DNA of 63,161 nt, the filler included, from Hyphochytrium catenoides (taxonomy: Eukaryota; Protista; Hyphochytriomycota), in NCBI GenBank assembly GCA_900088475.1. It is 9 parts of 9 records of this genome, joined end to end, with 100 filler letters (N's around TTAATTAATTAA, not from the genome) between each part and the next. Parts side by side here need not be neighbours in the genome. Positions count along the whole stretch, not along the records: positions 1 to 1,630 come from FLMG01003877.1; positions 1,731 to 3,490 come from FLMG01003189.1; positions 3,591 to 10,040 come from FLMG01000849.1; positions 10,141 to 11,534 come from FLMG01003503.1; 5 more parts are not named here. One strand, 5' to 3'. This document shows positions 1-11,534 of this stretch, in pieces. The notes beneath the pieces were generated by a model. The model saw only the letters and a list, made by a program, of their open reading frames with translations. It had not been told where the DNA came from and did no database searches. How positions within the stretch are numbered: the first letter of the stretch is position 1; each line of letters starts with the position of its first letter. A program made the position numbers and the translations under genes.

Positions 1-680
1 ATAGCCACCATGCCGCGGAGCACAGCCAACGCTAGCAATAGAGGCCAACGAGACAGCAGCAACAACACTACTAGAGCGACGGCTGAGACACATTAGTCAT
101 GACCCCAGCCTCATCACGAGTCTTAATGCCGACGGACCGCCATCAGACAGAAAGATAAACCCAACAACACAAAGGACGAAGAAGGGAGACCCCTTCTCAT
201 CAGCAGGATTATAAGTACAAGTAGCAGCCACCGATGATCAGGACAGCAACAACAAAAAGGAAAGGAGAGCCATCTTGGTAGCAACATCATTTGTTGGATC
301 AACCAAGCTTGAAATTCACACTGGACGTCATCGATACGGTTCCACAATGTCAACCACCGGGGCTGGACCTGCGATAGCGATGCTGCCGCCAAAGAGTATT
401 GTTATTTTGACCAACCGCTTGGTCATACGAGCAGCTCTTCTTCATCTATGATCATCATCGTCATCATCGTCTCATCTTCCACCAATTCTACTTTTTAGTT
501 GCACTTTATCACTCACTTTTCCTTTTCCTTCTTACACTTCTTCTTGCTGCTGGACCTGCAACCTCCCTTCAGCATCGCTAGCAACAACGATGTTATTATT
601 CAATTACTAAGCCACCTCTTCGCCCTCTTGTTCTAGGTGGGCGAGGGCGGGGTTGAAGCTGTCAAGCCGAGACGCAGAGG

Positions 681-897
681 AAAGCAGACATTGTCTTCCA
701 GTGACGACTCCCGCCCTCCCACCGCTTTTGTCTTTCTTTTTCCCTTGGAAGCTTCCGAACTTATTGAAAACTGAAAAGGCGCAACGACATCGATTAGCGC
801 CAAAAGAAATTACACACTGGGTTGGAGTTAGTGAATGTTGTTTGAACATCAATTAACAATAATAAATCAACAACGTTCAAAAGCAGACATTGTCTTC
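681..897. repeat. 18-bp exact direct repeat (AAAGCAGACATTGTCTTC at 681-698 and 880-897) flanking a 181-bp segment; possible insertion with target-site duplication
   Basis: Direct sequence match; A-rich right end of the enclosed segment. Confidence 0.5.
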
Positions 898-1630
898 ATG
901 ATAATGGTGAAAGGTGATGATGTCGCTAACGACGGCACTGCTGTGGAGAAGAGGACATTTGATAACTTGATGATGAAGGACCCTGTGGTTGGATAATATC
1001 ATTGTGGATTCGTAGTGATGCAGATATTATCGCCTCTTATGAGCGTAGGAACGATAGGCTTTTCCTGCTTCCGTGCGTCGTGCAGGTGATGGCGACGAAG
1101 GTGCCCAAAACCAAACAAAGTTTTGACCATAACTGAGCGCATGCATCACTCTTGGACCATTCCACACCCTCCAGACTGCTTTCTGCGACGCCACCATTGC
1201 CCTAGGATGGAAGTAGAAGCTCTGGCTCTTTCTCGCCCCTTCTATGCTTGTTACTCCGTACTACTAACTGAGGTCACAGAGCCATAGGAACTCAGCCCCC
1301 GCCGCCCTTCCTCCACCCGTCACCCCTAGAAGAAGGCCTATGTACCGCTAGAAGCATCCTGCAGCTGCATTGTCCTCGGGCCCAAGGAAGAAGATACCAG
1401 CTTTTTTTATAAAAAAAGAACTACTATTTATTATTGTGTTAATGTGGCCTTTATTACTAGAAAAAATTTTAAGGAGTGACTAGTAGACTACTGTTAAAAG
1501 AGGAAGAGAGATATGAAATATGAACTACTCAAACGAAGAGAAACAAGAGAGACAAGTAGTTATTGGGCAAATTACGTATCGGTATGGCCGCTCTCAACGT
1601 TTCGAGAATAAGGAAAAGAGGAAGAGAAGA

Positions 1631-1730
1631 NNNNNNNNNNNNNNNNNNNNNNNNNNNNNNNNNNNNNNNNNNNNTTAATTAATTAANNNNNNNNNNNNNN
1701 NNNNNNNNNNNNNNNNNNNNNNNNNNNNNN
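1631..1730. other. Artificial contig-joining linker (N44-TTAATTAATTAA-N44); also at 3491-3590, 10041-10140, 11535-11634, 16764-16863, 44721-44820, 58673-58772, 61864-61963
   Basis: Identical 100-bp N-flanked spacer with stop codons in all six frames occurs 8 times. Confidence 0.98.
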
Positions 1731-1809
1731 ACCAAAAGAGTGACGCTGTGCGCCAGTACTTTTGGCTGTTCTCTAAGCCCTACCCACTCCGTTGGCCATT
1801 CTGCCTGTT

Positions 1810-3393
1810 CTACCATTTGAGATCCTCCACCTTGCATAGCGGCTTGGTTGCAGGACCGTGGATAACGTTTCCATCCACATCAAACTGAGAACCGTGGCAG
1901 GCACAGTCCCAGACTTTGTCTCCTTCATTGAAGATGACGTCGCATCCCAGATGTGTGCAGACCGGCTTCACGAAGTGATACTCGCCAGCCTCATCACGGT
2001 AGGCACCATAAGTGTGCACCCCAACCCTTACAATGCCTCCTTGCCCCGCCTGAAGTTCCTCGATCTTCCCTGGCACGAGGAGTCGTCTGACCTTGTCCCC
2101 TACGAAGTGCTTCATGGTGTGCCAGTTCTCCATCGCCAGGCCCTTCCACTGTCTCATCAGGTCCCACCGTCTGGCATCGACCATATCATGGTATGGGTTC
2201 TGCCTCCCTTGAATGAGGTCGCAGACTAGCTGTGCCCCAGCCACACCATTTGTTAGTCCCCACTTAGAGAAGCCCGTGGCAGTGAAGATAGAAGTCGTTC
2301 CCCTGTAAAGGTAGCCCATAAACGGGATATGGTCACCACTGAAGTAGTCCATGGCAGACCAGCGGGCGACCACCTCGGTCACGTTGAAGTGCTCCTTTGC
2401 CCAGTGCTCCAGGTCTTCATAGAGCTTTCCCGTGTGCCCTTCATCTCCGTGTTTGATGCTGTCGCCAGCGACGACAACTACCTCATCGTTGCAGGTGGTG
2501 CGAAGAGAGCGAGCTGGCATGTCGACAGTGATGAACATATTATGCATCTTCGATGTCTCTCCTCCACGGTCAACGCGGACGGCGATGCAATGGGTCCGAG
2601 AAGGTTCTAAAAAGGCAAAGTGCATGGATCTGTCCATGATCGGCAGATGGGTGGCTAGCACCACATAGTCTCCAGTCACAGTGCTCTCATTCTCAGACAG
2701 CTCAATGACATGAGGTGTTTCTTGACCCACGCTAGACACCCGGGACTCTTCAAACACTGCACTGCCGTCTCCAGCGATGTGCTTGCACAGCTCCCTGCAG
2801 TACTTGTACGAGTTGAACTGGGCTTGGTCAGGGAAGGAGACAGCCAAGAGCGCGTCCACGGAGGGAGGTAGCTCCTTCGCTAGCTTCGAAGCATCGAGCA
2901 GCTCGCATGGAATGCCCAGTTCCACGCATTTCTCATACTCAGAACGGATGATGGGCACCTTCTTATCGTCGCTGGTCCAGGTGGAATGACTGCGCCGTTC
3001 GAAGTCGCAGTCAAGGTTCAGCTTCTGCACAAGCTCCTCGACCATGTTGATAGCCTGCTGGTTCATGTCATAATAGTTCTTAGCCACATTGTTTCCATGC
3101 TGTTTGCTGATGAGTGAGTACACTGGCCCTTGCTGGGAGCAGAGCTTGGCCGTGCTATAGCTCGTCACACCATTTCCAATGTTCCGCGCCTCAATGAGAG
3201 CCACGCGCTTCCCCAGAGACTTCAGCATGTATGCGGTGGTGCAGCCGAACATGCCTGCGCCAACGACGACAACGTCAAAGTGAGATCCGCGGACATTCTG
3301 CAACTTAGGGTAGGTGATGGCGGCGCGAGCAGCCTGGACTCCAGCGTTAGCAAGCCAGACGGAGGTCGGCCTCGCTGCTTGACTAGTTGCCAT
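1810..3393 (-). CDS. FAD-dependent oxidoreductase (DAO/DadA family) with C-terminal Rieske [2Fe-2S] domain, YhfW-like; intronless, 527 aa
   Basis: Rossmann motif VVVVGAGMFG; TSYSTAK; ATGFSKWGLTNG; Rieske boxes CTHLGC and WDCACHGSQF, then GPA. Confidence 0.93.
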   Translation of the reverse strand: MATSQAARPTSVWLANAGVQAARAAITYPKLQNVRGSHFDVVVVGAGMFGCTTAYMLKSLGKRVALIEARNIGNGVTSYSTAKLCSQQGPVYSLISKQHGNNVAKNYYDMNQQAINMVEELVQKLNLDCDFERRSHSTWTSDDKKVPIIRSEYEKCVELGIPCELLDASKLAKELPPSVDALLAVSFPDQAQFNSYKYCRELCKHIAGDGSAVFEESRVSSVGQETPHVIELSENESTVTGDYVVLATHLPIMDRSMHFAFLEPSRTHCIAVRVDRGGETSKMHNMFITVDMPARSLRTTCNDEVVVVAGDSIKHGDEGHTGKLYEDLEHWAKEHFNVTEVVARWSAMDYFSGDHIPFMGYLYRGTTSIFTATGFSKWGLTNGVAGAQLVCDLIQGRQNPYHDMVDARRWDLMRQWKGLAMENWHTMKHFVGDKVRRLLVPGKIEELQAGQGGIVRVGVHTYGAYRDEAGEYHFVKPVCTHLGCDVIFNEGDKVWDCACHGSQFDVDGNVIHGPATKPLCKVEDLKW

Positions 3394-3590
3394 GACTATA
3401 AACAGTCTAGGATAGCGACGAGTGATCAGAAGTTTTCAAGCGGTACCACAGGTGACATGTGATGCGGGATGGAACTTTGTCTATGGAGCGNNNNNNNNNN
3501 NNNNNNNNNNNNNNNNNNNNNNNNNNNNNNNNNNTTAATTAATTAANNNNNNNNNNNNNNNNNNNNNNNNNNNNNNNNNNNNNNNNNNNN

Positions 3591-3992
3591 AACGTCAATG
3601 TGAAGAACGTGTGCCGCCTTCAGGCTTCTCCTTCAGCAGAGGCTGTCGAGAACGTCGTTGAGGGCACTGCCACCCCTACCGATCCTCTAGACATCTCACA
3701 CCCCATTGTGAGACCTGCTCTGGTCGTCGACTTTCCGCGGTTCAACCAAGGGACGTCTGCAAACGTTAACTATCTGGTCTTGAGACGCGCGATGGACGGA
3801 GATAAGGAGTATGCCGTCGTCGGAACCCCTTGCAAGAACTATGCCTGGGTCCTGTCGCGGACGCCGTCCATCAGCGAAGAGGCTGTGGAGGATGTAAAGA
3901 GTGTGCTCACAAACAATGGCTATGACCTGAAGGCCCTAGACCTCCAGCCTGTAGAGCAGGGAGAGGAGGTCTGCGCGGCTTTCCGCCCATGA
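3591..3992 (+). CDS. Lipocalin paralog, 5'-truncated by the contig start (C-terminal domain only)
   Basis: Open frame nearly identical to the C-terminal half of 6647-7837 (about 9 substitutions in ~130 aa); SCR3 motif YAWVLSR; same C-terminus CAAFRP*. Confidence 0.88.
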   Translation, partial: NVNVKNVCRLQASPSAEAVENVVEGTATPTDPLDISHPIVRPALVVDFPRFNQGTSANVNYLVLRRAMDGDKEYAVVGTPCKNYAWVLSRTPSISEEAVEDVKSVLTNNGYDLKALDLQPVEQGEEVCAAFRP

Positions 3993-4512
3993 AAGGAGAT
4001 TTTGCTGAGTATGATAAACAGAGTAAGTGAGCGACAGCTGAGTATCTATTGATGAAAGGGTTGCACAGTGGCAGGAGTACGAGGTAGAGATGTTATATCG
4101 TAAGCCTTCCATATATTGCAGCTTCTTATCCACATGCAGTGGCCGCTCCTCTCCTCCCTTCGCTGTGTTCCTTACTCTCGTTATCTAAGGCAGAGCTGAG
4201 CTGTGGCCTGCTGCGCTCTGTGTGGCTCATGATACGGTGTTCTATCGAACTCCTGTCTCTGAAAGCGTTAAGTCTGCAATAGGTGGGAGCAAACTGCGGC
4301 CTCCCCGCTTCCTCTTTGGGTTTGCCGCTTCGAACCCTGTGTCTGGCCCCGACTCTAGGACACATATGGAGATGCATCTAGACAGCCGCAGCTGCGGAAT
4401 CGCGTACAAGCCAGAGCCGCTACATGGCGATCTCTAGCACGGCCATAGGTCCTTACATGAGGAGAAAAGTAGGCGGGTTCTTAGGAGAATTGACACGCTC
4501 TAAAGCATCTTC

Positions 4513-5649
4513 TTAGCTTGTACTCATTCTAGCGGTAGCGGTATCAGAGGTGCTCTCAGAAAGCTGCTTGCATAAACTTCGAAAGTTGCTGACTGCGTGG
4601 AAGAGGCTCTGTTGTCGCGCATATGACTTCGGAATCAGGTTTGCTATCGCCATCTGGGACAGCTCAATTTGAGGGGGAAGGGTCGTTCTGTCCGGACTGT
4701 CAACTGCTCTATGATCGTCCATTTCAGATAAGACGGAGCTCATCTGACGCTCCGTCTCGGTTGCTAGTGCGATGAGAGGCCTTAACAAAGTTGAAAGGAG
4801 GTGATGAGTGAGAAATGGCTATTACGTGTGTCTTAGACGGGAGAAAGGTGCAGATCGTGCGATGCACTAACCTATGCAAAGCTGGATTCATGATGAGCTT
4901 GTTCGGTGCTTCTAATTGCTGAAGCTGCAACCGTAGATCTTGGCCGTAGGCGGCCGTATATCGAAGTAAACTCTTCTCCAGCTCGTCCAGTTCTTGTTTG
5001 CCAGAATCAGTGCCTGAAAGGGACATGAATAGTGGGGTCAGGGGTGAGAAAGGTAATAACAAGACACAGGAAAGGCCCTAACCAGGTCTCAAAGAGCAAG
5101 CCTCCGCCACTATGCTTTCAGCTCTTCGTGCCTCCAAGCTTCTCTGCGTCTGCAGAACAAGTGGGAATATGTAAACAGACCACGTCTTAGTACTTCTATT
5201 GAAGCGTGAAGGAGAATATAGCGCTTAGTACCTTCTGAAGCATTCGTCGCTCCGCAAGAAGTGCTTCTAGACTTGCTATTAGATGCTCTGAACTTGTTCT
5301 CAGTGGGCTCACAATCTTTGGATCCATTGCTTGATGCTCAGAGCGCTATGAACGGGACCAACATTACTATCATAGCCGTGAGATAGAGGAGTGGAAGAGA
5401 GAAGAAGAAGAAGGCTTTCCCTAACTGTTTACAGTGCTTGCACGCGGTATCTGGTTTCCCCTCGTTTGAGGGAGCGCTAGGCCACGAGCCTTTACTTACC
5501 TCAGGTGGTACTTCCTGGTGTTCTTCTTCCCAAAGGTGTTCCAGCAATGCCATATGAGCCCCTCCTCCTAACCGTATCCCAGGATTCTTCTGTCCTTCCC
5601 ACGGATTGCTTCCCGTCTCAGGAAGGCGATAGGTTTGTTCACTGGTCAT
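4513..5649 (-). CDS. Multi-exon hypothetical helical/coiled-coil protein (~300 aa)
   Basis: Exons join in frame through GT-AG introns: MTSEQ...EVPPE|RSEHQAMDPK...RRMLQK|TQRSLEARRAE...SLRP|GTDSGKQELDELEK...|...TARMSTS*. No recognisable domain; the last junction was not resolved. Confidence 0.55.
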
Positions 5650-6646
5650 GATCACCGTCTATTCTGTCTCCCTTCCTCCTCCTTGAAAGCAAACGCAACA
5701 CGGTAATCGACCGGGCCCCTGACTACCGGATCACTTCCAAAGGATGATGTCCTTCCCCGTCTTGCTTGAAGAAAGAACCTGTTACCAAGGGGACGGCCTA
5801 TAACTAGTCCATCGACTGCATTGCACCGCTCTATGGACAGCTCCAAAGCGGAGAGCTTCAGACAACAGAAAGCCCATCAAATCTTCCTTTTCCGCGCTCT
5901 TTGAAAATCTTCCAACAGCTCAAACTCCCGCCACCAAAAGAGCGTTACCGGCTCTAACGCCTAAGTTGTTCTCATTAAACTCGGTCTGTTAGGCACTATA
6001 GTCGGTTCGATATGTTCTATATTCGGTCTCATGGCCCTACATTCGTAAATAACCGATAAAGATTAATTGAAGCTCCATAAAAACTGCAACTGACAAATCT
6101 TCGCCAGGATCTGCAGGCCGTGGCTTCCTCTTCTCATTGTTTTTTTAGCTGGTGGGCAGTGGAGCTAATGACTGAGGACAGAACGCAGACTTTATTATAC
6201 GACTTGAGAGCGACGCTTCCCGGGTTCATCCACTCTCTTGCACTGTCCTCATTAGACCGTCATGGGGTTCTGGACAGTAAACATCCCGGAGTTGTAGCCA
6301 GGAAAGACGGCACAAACGAACAAGCCTAGGAAGGACCAAAGAAGCTCCAACTTTGTTCCCACTCATTGTAGAATGAAGAGCTTTTTGGGACAGAGATACG
6401 AGGGCGACACAGAGCACAGTTGTTCCCAGCTCAGCTCTGCCTTAAGATAACGAGAGTAAGGAACACAGCGAAGGGAGGACAGGAGCGGTCACTGCATGTG
6501 GATAATAAGAAGCTGCAATATATGGAAGGCTTACAATATAGCGTCTCTACCTCGTACTCCTGCCACTGTGCAACAACCCTCTCATCAATAGATACTCAGC
6601 TGGCTGCTCATATACTCTGTACATCATTCCAAACAGAAATCTCCTT

Positions 6647-7837
6647 TCATGGGCGGAAAGCCGCGCAAACCTCCTCTCCCTGCTCTACAGGTTGAAGGTC
6701 TAAGGCCTCTAGGTCATAGCCATTGCATGTGAGCACACTCTTTACATCCTTCAATGCTTCTTCGCTGATGGAAGGCGTCCGCGATAGGACCCAGGCATAG
6801 TTCTTGCAAGGGGTTCCGACGACGGCATACTCCTTTTCTCCGTCAATCGCACGTCTCAAGACCAGATAGTTAACGTTAGCAGGCGTCCCTTGGTTGAACC
6901 GCGGAAAGTCGACGACCAGAGCAGGTCTCACAATGGGGTTTGAGATGTCTAGAGGATCGGTAGGGGTGGCAGTGCCCTCAACGACGTTCTTGACAGCCTC
7001 TGCTGAAGGAGAAGCCTGAAGGCGGCACACGTTCTTCACATTGACGTTTTTGCTAGTCTCGTTGAGCGAGTAGGTCGCAGTGCCGCACTTGCAACCTCTC
7101 TGGATGGTCTCTCTCTGGATCTTACTGTTGTACACCTCGTACCACCTGCCGGTAAAGGTAGCGAGGTTGAAGTTCTGCACAAGCTTCTGGTCGTCGAACT
7201 TGCAGATCTTTGGAGGCCAAAAGTTGCGGCAGATCTTCTCGTCCTGGTTGGCGTTCTCGATCTTCAGGGCCGTCAGATTGTAGCCCTGCTCAATGAGGCG
7301 ATCCTTGGCATCACGGATGACCAGCTCGTCTACTTTAGACTTACGGGCCAGAAGCCAGGCGAAGTTCTTGCAACGAGTACCAATCAAAGCATATTCATCC
7401 TCGCCCTTGCCCTCACGGGCCAGAACCAGGTAATTGACTCTCTCTTGAGGACTAGGCTTGGGGAAGCCGACCTTGTAGGCAGGAGTGGTGAGATCTTCAG
7501 CAGGGACGGCGAGGCCCTCTCGCACTACCCGTGTGAAGCTTGTGGCAGGGGCGGCAGCGTTCTTGCAGGTGTTCACAACCTTGACGGTGTTGTCAGCATT
7601 AAGAGTGTAGGTTGCCACAGTGCACTCACAGCCTCTTTGGAAGGTTAGTCTCTGGAGCTCGCTGTTGAAGATCTCAAACCACTGTCCCTGATAGCTCTCG
7701 AGGTCGAAAGGCTTGGCAAGGTGCTGGTCGGCGTAGCTGCAATCCGGGGTTGGAAAAGGCTGAGCAGAAGTCTGAGCTGTAGAGGCCAGCAACGCGGCTA
7801 CCACTAATGCAAAGGACGCGGCCTTTGCAGAGATCAT
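6647..7837 (-). CDS. Secreted tandem (two-domain) lipocalin, ApoD/Blc-like; intronless, 396 aa
   Basis: Signal peptide MISAKAASFALVVAALLASTAQTSA; two SCR1 motifs (FDLESYQGQWFEI, FNLATFTGRWYEV); two SCR3 motifs (FAWLLAR, YAWVLSR); repeated QRGCxC..ATY. Confidence 0.92.
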   Translation of the reverse strand: MISAKAASFALVVAALLASTAQTSAQPFPTPDCSYADQHLAKPFDLESYQGQWFEIFNSELQRLTFQRGCECTVATYTLNADNTVKVVNTCKNAAAPATSFTRVVREGLAVPAEDLTTPAYKVGFPKPSPQERVNYLVLAREGKGEDEYALIGTRCKNFAWLLARKSKVDELVIRDAKDRLIEQGYNLTALKIENANQDEKICRNFWPPKICKFDDQKLVQNFNLATFTGRWYEVYNSKIQRETIQRGCKCGTATYSLNETSKNVNVKNVCRLQASPSAEAVKNVVEGTATPTDPLDISNPIVRPALVVDFPRFNQGTPANVNYLVLRRAIDGEKEYAVVGTPCKNYAWVLSRTPSISEEALKDVKSVLTCNGYDLEALDLQPVEQGEEVCAAFRP

Positions 7838-9803
7838 CTTGCTTGAGATGGAGGTTGGAAGTCTCGTTGTGCTAGAGCGCGAAAGTGATCGGATGCCTTC
7901 GAAGCCACTAAGGATCTCTGAGTCACTTGTGCGGTGCGCTGCGAATGGAAGAATGAACAGAAGAAGGGTCTAGAGCAAGGCTTGTATCGTTGGTTGCGTC
8001 TCGTCTTCTCTCCTCTAAGATTTGCTCCTGCCTTCTTGTGTGCTATTAGGCTCACTCTCTCTTTGCTCCCTCCCATCACTACTATGGGACCTTGAAGCTG
8101 ATAAAGAAGAAGATGGCCTCGGGCAGGGAGAGGTGTGAGTGGTTCAAGAGCATCGTAGGCAATCGTGAACTGTCATGTTTCCACTTGTACATGCTTTGGA
8201 CTCAACAGTGGTGAGACGCCTCTCCCTCGTCATCACCCAAGATTCAGGAAACGACGGCTGGTGCAGCTCCTGTTAGGCGGTACGACGGCCATTGCTAGCA
8301 TTGGCTGCCATACTGCCATAAGGAAAGAAGAGTGCAGAATGGATCCAGTGAAAGAATAAAAGAAGTGCTTGTATCAGATTCTTAGCGGCGTCTCCCCTTG
8401 GAGCGCCAAGAAGGATACTAGAGCAGCAGCACGACTATAAAGTGACTAGCTTGCAAGTGCTCCTCCTCTATTTTCATTCATCATACGTAAGCTGTTCTTC
8501 ACCTAACGATCGCCCATGTTGTTCTCTTCTTCATGCGCTGGACCATCTTCTTCTGTCATTCGTCCGTCCCCTGAAGACACATCAGACGAGGCTTCCTAGG
8601 AATCTTAGGACGCTCAGGTGTTACTGTCCCCTTGCAGCTGATGTCGTCAGCAAGCAAGCAAGCTTCCTCCTCCTTGACGCATGATGAGCCACATCCACCA
8701 CTTGTAGAACTAGAGAACGAACCGGGCGTCCTTCTCTTAAGCTTGGTGCGCTGTACCTCGCCGGCCTTCTTCCCCTTCGCTCATCATCGACCGCTTCTTC
8801 TCTCGCTTTCAACCTCTTCTCTCCTTTCTTCTTGGTTCTGCCTCGACTCTGCGATCATCCATCAGCTCAGCTGGCGGCGCAGCTCTAAGAAGGATGGACG
8901 ATGATGATGTCAGTGATGGACAGCGGGTCGTTCTCCGCGCTTGTGGAGCTTCTTACAGTGACGTCTGTCCTTTGTGCGCACCTGCATCTTTACGAATTGC
9001 TAGGAAGGAAATATTTATTGTATTGAGATAAAAAGCGCACCAAAGAGTGGTAGTTTAGGTACATAAAAGTATGTTCAGCTCCATAGTACAAAATGACGGG
9101 AAAGTCCTGCTATTTCTTAACTGTAAAAGGATATAGGTGCGCATCAATGTCCCTTCCTGCCAGCTTTACACGTAACACTGTGCGGTGATGGAAAGATAGC
9201 CATATGCATAATGCACTTGAAATGCCCGTGGTGCGCACCTTTGTCTCTGCACAAGGCTAGAGTCTTGAGAAGATTTGTGCGGATAAACCCCATCGAGTGT
9301 GCGCACAGGCGCTCATTGTCATTCAGGTCGTACAGCTGGTCGTACGTCAGCACTCTAAGAGGATGAATAAAAAGCAGGCGATGAAGCTCTGGAATTATCT
9401 CTGAGCGGATGGACCTGAGGACGGACAGACAGACGAAGGGCTTCAGAGGCAGAGCAGCACCATCGAAAAAGAGTCCAAGAAGAACTAGAGTGGAGCATCT
9501 GTTAAGGGATTGCGGGCCGAGGGAGGTGGGAGTGGACGGAGGAGAAGGAAGAGCGCTTGAGCTCGAGAGAGGAGGACTAAGAGCCTACTTCTGTTCTTCT
9601 TTGTGATGCTGGTTGTGCCGTGCAAGTGTAGTTCTACGTGGCGGTGCCGGGGTAAGCGGCAAGGAGAAGAAAGAGGAGGGGGAGGAATCAAAGAGTGGCT
9701 CTGGTGGCAGCACGCTACAAGTACAGCTGTAGCATTTTACAGCCCGCTATGGAAGAGGTAGAACTAGGAGGCGATGACATGGCGTCTGCCTCGGTTGTTT
9801 TTT

Positions 9804-9905
9804 TATTATCAATAGCTTTAGGCTTCGCCTAGGGCTCGCCCGACGTTACTAGTGCGTAATCCAGCCTTCGGCTGTATTATTAGTGGAAGATGCTTGGCTC
9901 ACTGA
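9804..9905. repeat. Dispersed ~100-bp multi-hairpin element, copy 1 (copy 2 at 14011-14110)
   Basis: TAGGC-TTC-GCCTA, GGGC-TC-GCCC and TAATCCAGCC-TTC-GGCTGTATTA, then TGGAAGATGCTTGG; the same order is kept in copy 2. Confidence 0.7.
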
Positions 9906-10457
9906 TTTCCTAGTTGTACAAATTTATTTAGAAATAACACCAAAAACTCTTCATTCCTTCTACATGTAGAACTAGAACTGAGAACTAGTTCTATCTGTAT
10001 TTCCTAGGTAGACTCTCTAAAGGATCTCCCTACTCGTTCANNNNNNNNNNNNNNNNNNNNNNNNNNNNNNNNNNNNNNNNNNNNTTAATTAATTAANNNN
10101 NNNNNNNNNNNNNNNNNNNNNNNNNNNNNNNNNNNNNNNNATGCGTCGAATCTTTATCTTGATCTTCAGCTTTCCCTTTCCTTCTTCGTGCCTTCCTCGT
10201 CGCATGAGCCAGCCATGTCGTGGAGCCGATGATGATTGAGGACTGCCGATGATGGAGGAGGAGCTGCTCAGAGAAAGACCAAGAGCGAGAGTATTTGATT
10301 GAAGGAGGAGCCGCACAAGCAAAAGAAGGGAAGGTAGCGAGAAGAAGAAACCGCACTATCGCTTTCTATCGGTCTCACTCCCAGTCCACCACCTTTCTTG
10401 TCACGAAACCTTGGCAGTACTACTCCGGCAATAAGCGTCAGAAAAGAGTAAGCAATA

Positions 10458-11534
10458 ATGAGCTCATCAGCTGGTACGAGGAGACGCAGCAGGAGGCTTA
10501 CAGGAGAGGGGACAGCAGGGGATGAGGTCAAGCCAAGCAAAGGTGCATCATCCTTAGGAAAGGGAGAGGCCGTCAAGGAGAGCATTCGAAGTAACAGAAG
10601 AAGAGGCAAGGGAACCTCGAGGACAAAGCAAGAGCCAGAACCTGAGACAGAATTTGCGGAAAACGAAGAGCAAGAAGAGCAGAAGGAGGCAAATCAACTA
10701 CTCAATGTGGAAAAGACAGACGAAAAGAACGATGGACCAGATGACCAATCTCTTACCTATGAGCAACTCCGACAGGAGAGAATACGCCGCAACCGTGAGA
10801 TGCTCAAGGAACTAGGCATCAGTGCGGTAAGGTCCACGTTTTGCTCCTCATAACCAAGATGTCCTTCTCTTATTCAACCCTCTCCGCGCCCGTCTTCCTG
10901 GTGCAAGGCGAAACACCGCTATTGTAAGCCCTATTACCTCTGTTTGGGCTCCTTTAGAGCCCCCGCGCTTTCTCTTTCTGTTCTGTTCTCTTTGATGTCT
11001 CGCACTTAACCTGATCCGCTTCCACGTCTCTCAAGGCAAAGGATAAGGTCCGGAGCCTTCAGCCTAAGAAGCCGGCGCCGAGCTCAGCTAATAAGCGTAA
11101 GCTGCCTAAGCTCCTTGTCAACTTCTGCTTACTTGGCTAGATCTTTTTATTCCTGGTGTCTCCTTCTGCTGAATTTGTTTTCTATCTTGCGTCTCAGCCC
11201 TCTCTACTGGGCAGTCATAGTCAGCTTATACTCTGTCTATGCCAGGAAAGAGGCAGCCCAAAGAGACTGAAGAGCGCGCCCCAAGGAGGTCGTCTGCGCG
11301 GCTTCGTGGAGTCAATGCAGAGGAGACTCTGGTGAGATGGAGCACTGTTTGTCGTTATCTCTCTCTCTCTTTTTCTACGCTACCTTCTCGCCTCTTCTTT
11401 GACACTACTCCTACTACTCCTTGCTTTCGACATGCCTGCTGACGGGATTGTCTGCAGGGAGAGGACTTCAACGTCAGGAACCCGTATTACCTGCAGTACG
11501 GAGTGTTCGGCACAGAGCTCCCTGAGAGTATCAG
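10458..11534 (+). CDS. Partial (3'-truncated) multi-exon nuclear protein with YExxRxxxIxRNxxML motif (CDCA7-/WDR76-CMR1-like N-terminus)
   Basis: LTYEQLRQERIRRNREMLKELGI and PRRSSARLRG; in-frame exons ~10458-10826, 11036-11096, 11246-11331 and 11458-contig end, with GT-AG introns. Confidence 0.65.

Larger units (their letters stand above)
3591..7048. repeat. Inverted duplication, arms ~3591-4203 and ~6427-7048 (lipocalin 3' half plus ~210 bp of 3' flank)
   Basis: Reverse-complement match visible through the CDS and 3' flank, with scattered substitutions and small indels in the flank. Confidence 0.93.

Noticed and set aside
1675-1686. Recurrent TTAATTAATTAA palindrome
   Set aside because: Always centred in a 100-bp N spacer; an artificial six-frame-stop contig linker.
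1810-7837. Apparent cluster of FAD/Rieske oxidoreductase with lipocalins (pigment/lipid pathway)
   Set aside because: Separated by an artificial linker at 3491-3590, so physical linkage is not established.
8100-9700. Several short ORFs upstream of the lipocalin gene
   Set aside because: No recognisable motifs or consistent splice structure; probably intergenic or decayed repeat DNA.
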